This document shows, piece after piece, positions 20,320-28,893 of a DNA stretch of 64,000 nucleotides. The notes beneath the pieces are model-generated. The model was not told the DNA's origin. It did not search any database and saw only the letters and a program-made list of their open reading frames with translations. The DNA is from a virus. Taxonomy: Duplodnaviria > Caudoviricetes. The DNA lies in IMG/VR virus record IMGVR_UViG_3300036797_000054, positions 32,001 to 96,000 of that record. One strand, 5' to 3'. Position 1 is the stretch's first letter, and every line of letters begins with the position of its first letter. The position numbers were made by a program, and so were the translations under genes.

Positions 20320-21503
20320 TGCCATCGCTCGCTCAGTGGACACCGCTGCGCCAGGAGACGATCGACACGATTCGCCAGCGCGTCGATGCCAACGTCAACG
20401 CCGGGCTCGATGAAGCGGACCCGCGCTGGCAGGAGACGACGCCAGGCGGATTCTTCTACGACCACACGCAGTCGTTCGCGCTGGAGGCCGAGTTCCTGTG
20501 GGACTTCGCCTCGACCGAGCTGCCCGCGTCGTTCTTCCTGCCGTTCTCCTGGGGCATCTACCTCGACTACTGGGGCGAACTGCTCGACGTGCCACGCAAG
20601 ACGCCGGTGTCGGCCACCGGCGTCGTTCGGCTGACCAACGAATCAGACCAGCCGCAGATCATCGCGACGGGGCTGGAGGTCGCAGCCCCCGCGACCGCGC
20701 CCGAAGATGAACCGATCACGTTCACGACCGCGGAAACGGTCGAAATCCCGGCAGAAGACAGCCGCATCGTTCCTGTCGTCGCGACTGAAACCGGCTCGTC
20801 GTTCGACGTGCCTGCGCACGCGGTGAACCTGATCACCTCGCCGTCGCAGGAACTGACCGTTGACAACGAGGAACCGATCTCGGGCGGCGAAGATGACGAG
20901 CTCGACCAGCCGTACAAGGAACGGCTGTTGCTGGAGTTCCAGGGCAGCCGCGGCGGCGGCACGCGCGACGACTACATCGCCGAGACGCTGGCGCTTCCGA
21001 GCGTGGGCAACGTCGTAGTGCAACCGCATTGGGACGGCCCCAACACGGTGCGCCTGATCATCAGCGACAACGACAACGGCCCACTGTCCGAAGGCGTCAT
21101 CGAAAACGTGCAGGAGTTTTGGGACCCGCCCGGCGAATCGGGGCTGGGCGCGGGCCACGCGCCGATCGACGCCGAAGTGACGGTGGCGACGGTCACGATC
21201 ACCACCGTGCCGATCGCGGCGACGCTGGAGCTCGAACCGGGCTTCACGCTGACCGGCGTCGGGGGCACCGTCAACGTCAGCGAATCGGTGCAGCTCGCGC
21301 TCGATACCTACTTCCGCTCGCTGGAGGCGGGCGAGCGCGTGCAGATCAATCGCGTGCTCGCCGCGCTGCTGGCGATCGACGGCGTGTACGACGTGAAAGC
21401 GGGGACGCTGGAGATCAACGGCAAACCCGAAGACCTGCTCGTCTCGGCGCTGCACTCGGCACAGCTCGGGACGGTCACGCTGGCCGCCGAAGCTGCGCCG
21501 TGA
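20319..21503 (+). CDS. baseplate J-like protein (XkdT)
   Basis: GIYLDYWG..RKTPVSATG..GGEDDELD..GGTRDDY..V.PHWDGPNTV. Confidence 0.9.
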   Translation: MPSLAQWTPLRQETIDTIRQRVDANVNAGLDEADPRWQETTPGGFFYDHTQSFALEAEFLWDFASTELPASFFLPFSWGIYLDYWGELLDVPRKTPVSATGVVRLTNESDQPQIIATGLEVAAPATAPEDEPITFTTAETVEIPAEDSRIVPVVATETGSSFDVPAHAVNLITSPSQELTVDNEEPISGGEDDELDQPYKERLLLEFQGSRGGGTRDDYIAETLALPSVGNVVVQPHWDGPNTVRLIISDNDNGPLSEGVIENVQEFWDPPGESGLGAGHAPIDAEVTVATVTITTVPIAATLELEPGFTLTGVGGTVNVSESVQLALDTYFRSLEAGERVQINRVLAALLAIDGVYDVKAGTLEINGKPEDLLVSALHSAQLGTVTLAAEAAP

Positions 21504-21925
21504 GCGACAGAAGCGCCTACATGCGTCAATGGCGATCGGAAAACCGGGACCTTGTGGCGAGGGCCGATGCCGCCCGCCACGCGCGCGACCGCGACAAGCG
21601 GAATACACGTAGTCGAGCGCGAAAGCGTCGTGAACGAGCGGCCAATCCCGAACGCGCGCGCCAACTGAGCAGACGTTATGCAGCAGAGCGCGAAGCACGA
21701 CGACAGAAGGCTCGGAGTGGCAATCCCACGCTCGCGGCCGAGTACATGGAAATCGTCTTGGCCGATCCATGCGCTTACTGTGGTGGGGCGAGTGCGCATA
21801 TCGACCACATCGAGCCGCTGGCACAGGGGGGGGAACACGGGTGGGATAACTTCACGGCCGCGTGCGCCAACTGCAACAAGCGTAAGCACACAAAACCGCT
21901 GCTGGCATTTCTGCGAGGTCGTTGA
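21500..21925 (+). CDS. HNH endonuclease
   Basis: CAYCGG..HIDHIEPLAQGGEHGWDNFTAACANCNKRK. Confidence 0.9.
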   Translation: MSDRSAYMRQWRSENRDLVARADAARHARDRDKRNTRSRARKRRERAANPERARQLSRRYAAEREARRQKARSGNPTLAAEYMEIVLADPCAYCGGASAHIDHIEPLAQGGEHGWDNFTAACANCNKRKHTKPLLAFLRGR

Positions 21926-22470
21926 TGAGCGGTCCCCTCGATACTTTGTCGTCCCGCGGCGAACGCATGATCAGCAATCTTTGGGCTCCCGAGCAGGCCG
22001 ACCCGAGCTCGGTCGCGATCATGCGCGCGGGCGCGGATGAGCTCGACGCGATCGAGGAACTGATGGGAATCGTTCGCCAGCAGGCGTGGCCGCACAAGGC
22101 CGATGACAGCTACGGGCTCCTGGCGATCCACGAGCGGATGCTTGGCATTCCGATCAAACCGTTCGGTGTGCCGCTGAGTCAGCGCCAGGATGCAGCCAAG
22201 TCGGCGGTGCAGTCGCGGCGTGTAGGCTCGGCCTCGCAGTGGGTCAGCCGCTTCGATGCGCTGATGCGCGGCAATCCCTGGACCTACCAGCGCAACCACC
22301 CCGGCCGCGGCCAGCTCACGATCACGATCCCCTACGGCGAAGAATCGTACTCGGCCGGGCAGGTCCGGGCGCTCGCCGAACGCGTCACACCGGCGCATCT
22401 GGAACTGATCGTACGCTATGACGTGGGCTGGATCGCAGGCGTCTCGCGCGCCGGGCTGGATGCAGTCTGA
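21925..22470 (+). CDS. baseplate protein (XkdU/P2 gpI-like)
   Basis: HERMLGI..LSQRQ..PAHL motif; follows baseplate J. Confidence 0.75.
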   Translation: MSGPLDTLSSRGERMISNLWAPEQADPSSVAIMRAGADELDAIEELMGIVRQQAWPHKADDSYGLLAIHERMLGIPIKPFGVPLSQRQDAAKSAVQSRRVGSASQWVSRFDALMRGNPWTYQRNHPGRGQLTITIPYGEESYSAGQVRALAERVTPAHLELIVRYDVGWIAGVSRAGLDAV

Positions 22471-22498
22471 TAGACGGTCGCCAGTAGCCTGAAACCCA

Positions 22499-23734
22499 GT
22501 GCCTACGACTCTCTACCCGAGCGCCGACGAGTTCATCGCGCTGAGCTCAGGGGACATTGTTCCTGTCCCGTTCTTCGACGTTACGCAGGAGGTGCTTGGC
22601 ACCCTCGGCCGTCTCGATCTCACGCTCGCCAACTCCACGACGCTGCGTGCCTACGCCGGGACCGGCGCTGACAAGGCCGCGATGGGCGTCGGCGGCCAGT
22701 TGCGCGTCGTCACGGCCAACGTGGAACAGTCGATGCCCGGCGGCAGCGCGGCGGGGCGCTACACGATCTACGTCACGACGGGCGCAACAGAGATCAGCGG
22801 CGACGAAGATTCGACCGACTACACCTGGCAGCTCGCGATCGTCAAAGAAGGTGGCTCGCCGCCAGCGACGCCGTACCACAAGGTCGTCGGCTACCTGGAC
22901 TACTCGGGCACCGCGATCACGCGGCTGGTGCAGACGTTCGGGCGGCGCGACGATGCTCCGCACGCGGCCGTCTCGCCGAGCGTCAACGTGCCCGCGCTGG
23001 AGGCGATCATGCCCGCTTCCTCCACCGCCAACCCGTTCCAGGTCGCGGTCGGAACCTCGCCGGTGTTCACGGTCGGCCCGACGGGCGCAGTCACGGCGAT
23101 GGCCGGGATCACCGCAACGAACATCGCGCTCTCGAAAAACGACCGCACGGCGCTGACGCTGCCCGGCGCGGCCGCGGGCATGACACTCGGCGGCGACACG
23201 CAGTTCTACCGTGCCGAAGCGAACGTGCTCGCCACACCGGGGTCGATCGCCGCAGGCGGCTACGTTCAGGCCAATCAAAGCGCCTACGTGGGTGGCGTTC
23301 TGCACTTCGGGATCTCAGGCGGCACATCGTTCGACGCGCAGCTCGAACGTGGAAGCGCCGCGAACACGCTCAAGACGCCCGGCACATTCCAGGTCGGGGC
23401 CAACCTGGGCCTGACGACCAACACAGGCGCGCTCTTGTTCGGCACGACAGGCGACACCAACCTGTACCGGGCAAGCGCTGGTGTTCTGAAGACCGACGGC
23501 GAACTGATCGTTGCGGGTGGCCTGAAAGTCACCGGTGAAACGAGTTACGTGGGGGGCACGCTGGGATTCTTCGGCGCAACTGCCGTTTCGCAACGCGCTG
23601 GATGGGGGACGCCGTCGCCGCCAGGTGGCGCGTTCCGCACTCCACTTACGTATTCGGCGACGTTGAAGAACGTCATCGACAAGGTGGAGACGCTGATTAC
23701 CGATCTGCGAGCCTACGGACTGCTCGGCGCATGA
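22499..23734 (+). CDS. tail fibre protein
   Basis: Gly/Thr/Ala-rich, repeated GDT(Q/N)(F/L)YRA..VL.T.G units; synteny. Confidence 0.75.
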   Translation: MPTTLYPSADEFIALSSGDIVPVPFFDVTQEVLGTLGRLDLTLANSTTLRAYAGTGADKAAMGVGGQLRVVTANVEQSMPGGSAAGRYTIYVTTGATEISGDEDSTDYTWQLAIVKEGGSPPATPYHKVVGYLDYSGTAITRLVQTFGRRDDAPHAAVSPSVNVPALEAIMPASSTANPFQVAVGTSPVFTVGPTGAVTAMAGITATNIALSKNDRTALTLPGAAAGMTLGGDTQFYRAEANVLATPGSIAAGGYVQANQSAYVGGVLHFGISGGTSFDAQLERGSAANTLKTPGTFQVGANLGLTTNTGALLFGTTGDTNLYRASAGVLKTDGELIVAGGLKVTGETSYVGGTLGFFGATAVSQRAGWGTPSPPGGAFRTPLTYSATLKNVIDKVETLITDLRAYGLLGA

Positions 23735-24648
23735 CGAATCTCGGCGATCTCAAAGCCAACCAAGACATCGCGCTCGGCATCGGTGCCAAGGGCGTTCTTT
23801 CTGCGCGTCCCGGCTCCGCGGCCGAAAACTCTTTCTACGAAGCGACCGACGTAGGCGTCCTCTATCGCTACACAGGATCGGAATGGGTCGTCGCGGGCTA
23901 CACGGCTAACCTCTCAGGCACACTCGCGGCTCGCCCGAGCCCGGCTGTCGCAGGCCGGTTCTACGAAGCGACCGACGTAGGCGTCCTCTATCGCGACATT
24001 GGCAGTGCGTGGGTCGCATTGCGGCCGCTGCCAGTAAGTGGCCTTTTCTCGGCGCGGCCGACTGCGGGAGTCCTGGGGCGCGAATTCAAGGCGACCAACA
24101 CGGGCGTCCTCTACCGAGACACCGGGTCTGCATGGGAAGCAATCGATTGGCCCGGGCGGCTGATCTTTTCCGCGAGCACGGCGTTGCTCGATGGCGTTCT
24201 GCCATGCGAAGGCCAGCAGGTGCTGATCAGCACCTACAAACTTCTGTATGAAGCGCTTGGAGGCGCATCGAACGCCGCGCTCACGACGGGGGCAGAATCG
24301 GGCAAGTTCTTTGTGCCCGATTACCGCGAACGCGCCCCAATGGGACCCGGCTCAACGAACCTGCTCGGAGCAAAAACTGGGGAGGCAACGCACAAACTGA
24401 GCATTGCGGAGATGCCTGCGCACGCGCACGGAGGCACAGCTACATCGCCGTCTATTTGGCTGCCAGACAGCGTGGGAGGCCACCTGATCGGTGAAGCTGC
24501 GCCCACCTATCACTCTCAGCCGGGATTCGTCACATCCGACACGTTGCTACAGACGCCGATCGCGAGCTCGATCCCATCCGAAGGCGGTGGTGCGGTGCAC
24601 AACAATTTGCAGCCCGTCACGGTCTGCAATGTCTGGATTCGCTACTGA
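23731..24648 (+). CDS. tail fibre protein with tail-collar domain and three tandem repeats
   Basis: 3x ARP..F(Y/K)(E)AT(D/N).GVLYR..GS.W; LPCEGQ..YKLLYEALG..FFVPDYR..HNNLQP collar motif. Confidence 0.8.
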   Translation: MTNLGDLKANQDIALGIGAKGVLSARPGSAAENSFYEATDVGVLYRYTGSEWVVAGYTANLSGTLAARPSPAVAGRFYEATDVGVLYRDIGSAWVALRPLPVSGLFSARPTAGVLGREFKATNTGVLYRDTGSAWEAIDWPGRLIFSASTALLDGVLPCEGQQVLISTYKLLYEALGGASNAALTTGAESGKFFVPDYRERAPMGPGSTNLLGAKTGEATHKLSIAEMPAHAHGGTATSPSIWLPDSVGGHLIGEAAPTYHSQPGFVTSDTLLQTPIASSIPSEGGGAVHNNLQPVTVCNVWIRY

Positions 24649-24953
24649 TGCCGATGGACATTCCTGACATCGGCGGCAAAGCGGCTTCGGTCCATGTTCT
24701 CCATGCGCTGCTCACGCAGAGCAGCACACGCCGCCGCGAGCTCGAAATGACTCGCGTGGCCAATGACCATGGATGCGACGATCCGGTCCCCGGGATGGCA
24801 GCTACGCGCGCCGATGGAACGGTCAACAGCTACCGTCTTTGCTTGCAGGAGCTGGATGAGCAGGAGCACCGTCTGGCGGCGGCGTACCCTGATGAGATGA
24901 TTGAGCTGACAGCACTCGTGCAGCAGCGCGAGAAGGAGAGCGAGGACAAGTGA
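24648..24953 (+). CDS. hypothetical protein (possible fibre chaperone)
   Basis: coupled to fibre gene; helical. Confidence 0.45.
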   Translation: MPMDIPDIGGKAASVHVLHALLTQSSTRRRELEMTRVANDHGCDDPVPGMAATRADGTVNSYRLCLQELDEQEHRLAAAYPDEMIELTALVQQREKESEDK

Positions 24954-26860
24954 GACTGCGCCGCTTCGTGCTGTTCGTGCTCGCGATTTCCTCATTCGCC
25001 TTGACCGCGTGTGGATCGAGCACCAAGACAGTCACGATCCACACGCCGCGCTCTGTGCCGTGGCTTGACCCATGCAAGGCCGACGAACTGCGCTCCAACG
25101 AAGGCGAATGTATCCCGCTCTCGCTCGTCAAAGCACCTGGCGGCAAGGGGAAGCTGGAAAAGGCAGGCGTGCATCCCACCGGCGGTGCACCCGGTGCGCC
25201 GGTGCCCGAAGGTCAACCGTTGATGACCGAACCGCCGTCGCTGTTCTTTCCGACACTCGTCCACATCCCGACGATCGATGCCAATGGCCTGCACTTGATC
25301 GAGCAGTTCGAGGGCTATAGCCGCTGCGCGTATTGGGACCCCTATGGCGGTGTGTGGACGGCTGGCTATGGGCAGACGCACGGCGTCTACCGCGGCTTCT
25401 GTTTCGCCGACCAGGCGGCCGCGCAAGCGAACCTCGCCAACAGCGTTCGTCAGAACTACGAGTGGGCAGTACGTGCGATCGGCTATCCGTTCAACCAGAA
25501 CGAGGTCGATGCCCTGGACTCGTTCGCCTACAACCTCGGGCCATACATCTTTGTCGGCTCGCTGCGAGCAGACCTACGGGCCGGGCACATCTACGCAGCG
25601 AGCCGCATCATGCTCAGCTATGTGCACGCAGGCCATGTGACGCTGGCCGGGCTTGTCACGCGTCGCCGCCTAGAGGTAGCGCGCTTGCTCACAGCAGCAC
25701 CGCGACCGAAGACTCCGGCTGAGATTCACGCCGAACGACGCAAGCGACTCAACGCCGATTACGCCAAGAGGCGCGCGTTGCGTTCGACCATCCACCGCTA
25801 CAACTGCTCGCACGGCTATCGCAGGTTTACGCGTGAGCATAAGCGCAAATGCACTGTATGGCGCACGCACGGCGCACAGGTCAACCGCGACATCAAACGG
25901 TTGGAGGGCCTACTTGGCATCCACCACGCCAAGCTCACCGCACCTAGCAACCCCGCCGCGAATTGCACCCACCCGCGCCTCGATGGCATTCACGAAATGG
26001 GCTCGTGCATCGCCAAGCACTTCGGTATCAGCGCACCTCTCGGCGGTAGTTTTGGCTCGCGCGGCATCGACATCTCGGTGTATCAGGGTCACCCATCGTT
26101 TTGCTACGCGCGCTCGCACGGCTTGCGTTTCGTCTGGCAGCAATCGAACGATGGCGGCCACGCCGACAGCAACTTCATCTCCAATACGCGAGAGGCCCAT
26201 AGCTGTCACGTCGCGACTGGCACCTACATCTTCGTGGAGGCTGGCAATCCGATTGGGCAGGCGTATCTGGCTGTGCGCGAGATGCGCGCCGCGGGCATCA
26301 GCCAGGACTTGCCCGTCGCGCTCGATGTCGAGGTCCATGGCTCCTACTACAACGTGCCAGCCATGGCGAGCTATCTACGCGCTCGCGGCTATGGCGTCGT
26401 GACCTACACAGCACCTGGCCTTTGGCCTGATGCGTCGTGCGCGGGTACTGAACTGTGGGCGGCAGAGTGGGGCACACACGGCTATCGCTTCTCCTGCTTT
26501 GCACGACTTATCGCGCAGCAGACCTGCGGCACCTGCTACCTCGCAGGCGTGAGCGGGCAGGTTGATCTCGATGTGGCTTTCTCGCTGCATATCTCATCCT
26601 CCGAGACCCCTGCGCAGCACATCGCGCGCCTGCACCGCGAACTGGCAGGACACGAGGTCATTCTCACCGACCTGCGCAAGCGCATCGTTGTGCTGCGGCG
26701 CGAAATGCGTGACAAGGGCTGCTACCGCCGGATCAAATCCCATGAGCGTGTTGGTCCTCGATGCAAACGATGGAAGCGCGAAGGGGATGAAGATCACGTC
26801 CGTGGGCTGCGCGAGGATGCGTTCGTGACCAAGCTGAAGCACGAACTGCACACCCGATGA
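24950..26860 (+). CDS. lipoprotein endolysin with GH24 and GH25 muramidase domains
   Basis: signal peptide with lipobox LTAC; GH24 IEQFEG..AYWDPYGGVWTAGYGQT; GH25 GIDISVYQG..ALDVE..VDLD. Confidence 0.85.
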   Translation: MRLRRFVLFVLAISSFALTACGSSTKTVTIHTPRSVPWLDPCKADELRSNEGECIPLSLVKAPGGKGKLEKAGVHPTGGAPGAPVPEGQPLMTEPPSLFFPTLVHIPTIDANGLHLIEQFEGYSRCAYWDPYGGVWTAGYGQTHGVYRGFCFADQAAAQANLANSVRQNYEWAVRAIGYPFNQNEVDALDSFAYNLGPYIFVGSLRADLRAGHIYAASRIMLSYVHAGHVTLAGLVTRRRLEVARLLTAAPRPKTPAEIHAERRKRLNADYAKRRALRSTIHRYNCSHGYRRFTREHKRKCTVWRTHGAQVNRDIKRLEGLLGIHHAKLTAPSNPAANCTHPRLDGIHEMGSCIAKHFGISAPLGGSFGSRGIDISVYQGHPSFCYARSHGLRFVWQQSNDGGHADSNFISNTREAHSCHVATGTYIFVEAGNPIGQAYLAVREMRAAGISQDLPVALDVEVHGSYYNVPAMASYLRARGYGVVTYTAPGLWPDASCAGTELWAAEWGTHGYRFSCFARLIAQQTCGTCYLAGVSGQVDLDVAFSLHISSSETPAQHIARLHRELAGHEVILTDLRKRIVVLRREMRDKGCYRRIKSHERVGPRCKRWKREGDEDHVRGLREDAFVTKLKHELHTR

Positions 26861-27063
26861 TCGACCTCAAGCTGATCGAGGCGCTGAAAGCAAAGCTCGC
26901 TGAGCGCGTGACGGACAAGGTGCCGTTTGTCGAGCTCTCGCTGCATTTCAGGCAGGGTTCGTATGAGAACTGGACAGTCGAGTCGCCATTGCTGCCCGAC
27001 GGCGTAGACGCTTTCGGCGTCACGCCTGACGATGCGATCAAGATGGCCCTCAGCCATCTGTGA
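26857..27063 (+). CDS. hypothetical protein
   Basis: ATGA overlap; no transmembrane segment. Confidence 0.5.
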   Translation: MIDLKLIEALKAKLAERVTDKVPFVELSLHFRQGSYENWTVESPLLPDGVDAFGVTPDDAIKMALSHL

Positions 27064-27575
27064 CCGCCATGAACGACTCGTTTGAGGATCGCGCTGCGCG
27101 TAGCCGGGAGCTGGTGCATCCACTGGGGATCACGTTGCCGCCGTGGTACGTCGCCGTCTACGACGAGGGCGTCCGGCTGAGCGAGCAGGAGTGGCCCTAC
27201 ATCTATGGGGGCGGCCACAACGCGACGTTCTCGCCCTCGGTGGGGCTGACCAAAGGGTCGGTCAAGGGCTACGACTGCGGCTCGTTCACGAGCAAGGTCA
27301 TGCACGCGGGCTTGCCCGAGCTCGTGCCGCTGCCGTTGACGACGAGCGAGATCGAGAAGTGGGGTGCGTCGGGCTGGGGCGAGTATCTGGCGTGGTGGGT
27401 CGTGGACGGGATCGTCAACGAGGTGTTCACCGAACACACCGTGATCGAATTTCGCAAGGGCGTCCCGGCCGCGCACGCTTTCCTGATGGCCCATCACACC
27501 AACGGCCCACCGTGCGGATTCGTCGCTCGCGGCGACTGGAATCCCAAGGGCTATCACGCGCGCCGCCGTCCGTAA
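27060..27575 (+). CDS. NlpC/P60-like cysteine peptidase
   Basis: PYIYGGGH..GYDCGSFTSKVMH..HT. Confidence 0.75.
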   Translation: MTAMNDSFEDRAARSRELVHPLGITLPPWYVAVYDEGVRLSEQEWPYIYGGGHNATFSPSVGLTKGSVKGYDCGSFTSKVMHAGLPELVPLPLTTSEIEKWGASGWGEYLAWWVVDGIVNEVFTEHTVIEFRKGVPAAHAFLMAHHTNGPPCGFVARGDWNPKGYHARRRP

Positions 27576-27633
27576 AAGCGTCCGAACGCTGCCATAGGCT
27601 CGCTCGCGCTACGCCAACCACTGGAGGTGCGAA

Positions 27634-28893
27634 ATGCCCGATGCAGCCGTAACCGACGAGTCAGCCGACGAGGCGCTGATCACCGGCAAGAGCTCACCCG
27701 AGGATGCAGCCGAGACGGGAGCTGCCCGCGAGGCAGCCGCGCTCGCTGACCCATCCGACGCGACACTGCCTGCGCGCCATCAGTACGACCGCACGCAAGT
27801 CGAGGTCATCAAACAGACCGTCGCGAAAGACCTTACGCCTGCGGAGATGGCGTGGTTCCTGGAGGTCAGCGCGCGCTACGGGCTGGACCCGCTGCTGAAG
27901 GAGATCTTCGCGGCCAAGTTCAGCGGCAGCAACGGCCCGGTCGCGATCTTCACGGGCCGCGACGGCTACCTCAAGGCGGCCAAGCACGGCGGCAAATTCG
28001 TGCGCATGACCAGCCACGTCGTGCGCGAGAAAGACGAGTTCGTCAAGATGATCGACACCGCGGCCAGCGAGGAAGAGGGCCGCGAGATCCTGACGATCCG
28101 CCACGTCGCCGAGGGCTTTGGCACCGAGAAGCGCGGCAAGATCGTCGGCGCGTACGCAATGGTGTGGACGACTGCCTCGAAGCACCCGTGGTATGCCGAT
28201 GCGCCGTGGGAGGAATTCGGCGAGAAGCGTCAAGCGCCCGGCGGCAAGCCCGGCACCTGGACGCTCGACAACGACAAGGGCTACCCCGAGCAGATGATGG
28301 TCAAGGTGCCCGAGTCGATCGCGCTGCGCAAGGCGTGCGGCCTCTCGGGCCTCTACGCCGAGGAGGAGCTTGCCCAGCAGATCGCCGCCGCCAACGAGCG
28401 GCCTGCGCTGAGCAGCGCTGGCGGCGCAGCTCCCACGGTCGAGTACCCCGAGGATGAGCGCGGCCAGTTGATCGAGGCGATGGTCAACCGCGCTAATGAG
28501 CTCGTGCCCGGCGCGTTCCGTGCCGCGAAGGTGCGCCTGGAACTGGGCACCGGCGATGACGAGCGCCTCGATGCGTTCACCGAGCGCCTGCGCAAGTTCA
28601 TCGCCCAGCGCGAGCCCAACGATCCGCTCGTCGTGGTCGAGACAGTCGCTGTCGATGAGTCCGAGGTCGAGCAGCCCGAGGACGGCGAGCACGAGGACGG
28701 CGAGCAGGCCGAGGGCGAGTCGCCCACGGGCGACATCACCACCACGGCCGATCGCCTGAAAAGCGCGGTCGCCGACATCGAAGCGCAACTGGATGATCCC
28801 GACCTGTCCCCCGAGGACCGGCGCAAGGCTGAGGCCGAGCTGGTGCAGCTCAACGGCGAACTGGAGGCCGAGGAAGCCGACGGCGGCGCATGA
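27634..28893 (+). CDS. RecT/Red-beta-like single-strand annealing protein
   Basis: FLEVSARYGLDPLLKEI..TGRDGY..PEQMMVKVPESIALRKA..GLYAEEE. Confidence 0.88.
   Translation: MPDAAVTDESADEALITGKSSPEDAAETGAAREAAALADPSDATLPARHQYDRTQVEVIKQTVAKDLTPAEMAWFLEVSARYGLDPLLKEIFAAKFSGSNGPVAIFTGRDGYLKAAKHGGKFVRMTSHVVREKDEFVKMIDTAASEEEGREILTIRHVAEGFGTEKRGKIVGAYAMVWTTASKHPWYADAPWEEFGEKRQAPGGKPGTWTLDNDKGYPEQMMVKVPESIALRKACGLSGLYAEEELAQQIAAANERPALSSAGGAAPTVEYPEDERGQLIEAMVNRANELVPGAFRAAKVRLELGTGDDERLDAFTERLRKFIAQREPNDPLVVVETVAVDESEVEQPEDGEHEDGEQAEGESPTGDITTTADRLKSAVADIEAQLDDPDLSPEDRRKAEAELVQLNGELEAEEADGGA

Noticed and set aside
22499-24648. Diversity-generating retroelement target
   Set aside because: No reverse transcriptase in the window and no adenine-specific TR/VR pair; the repeat is an ordinary tandem duplication.
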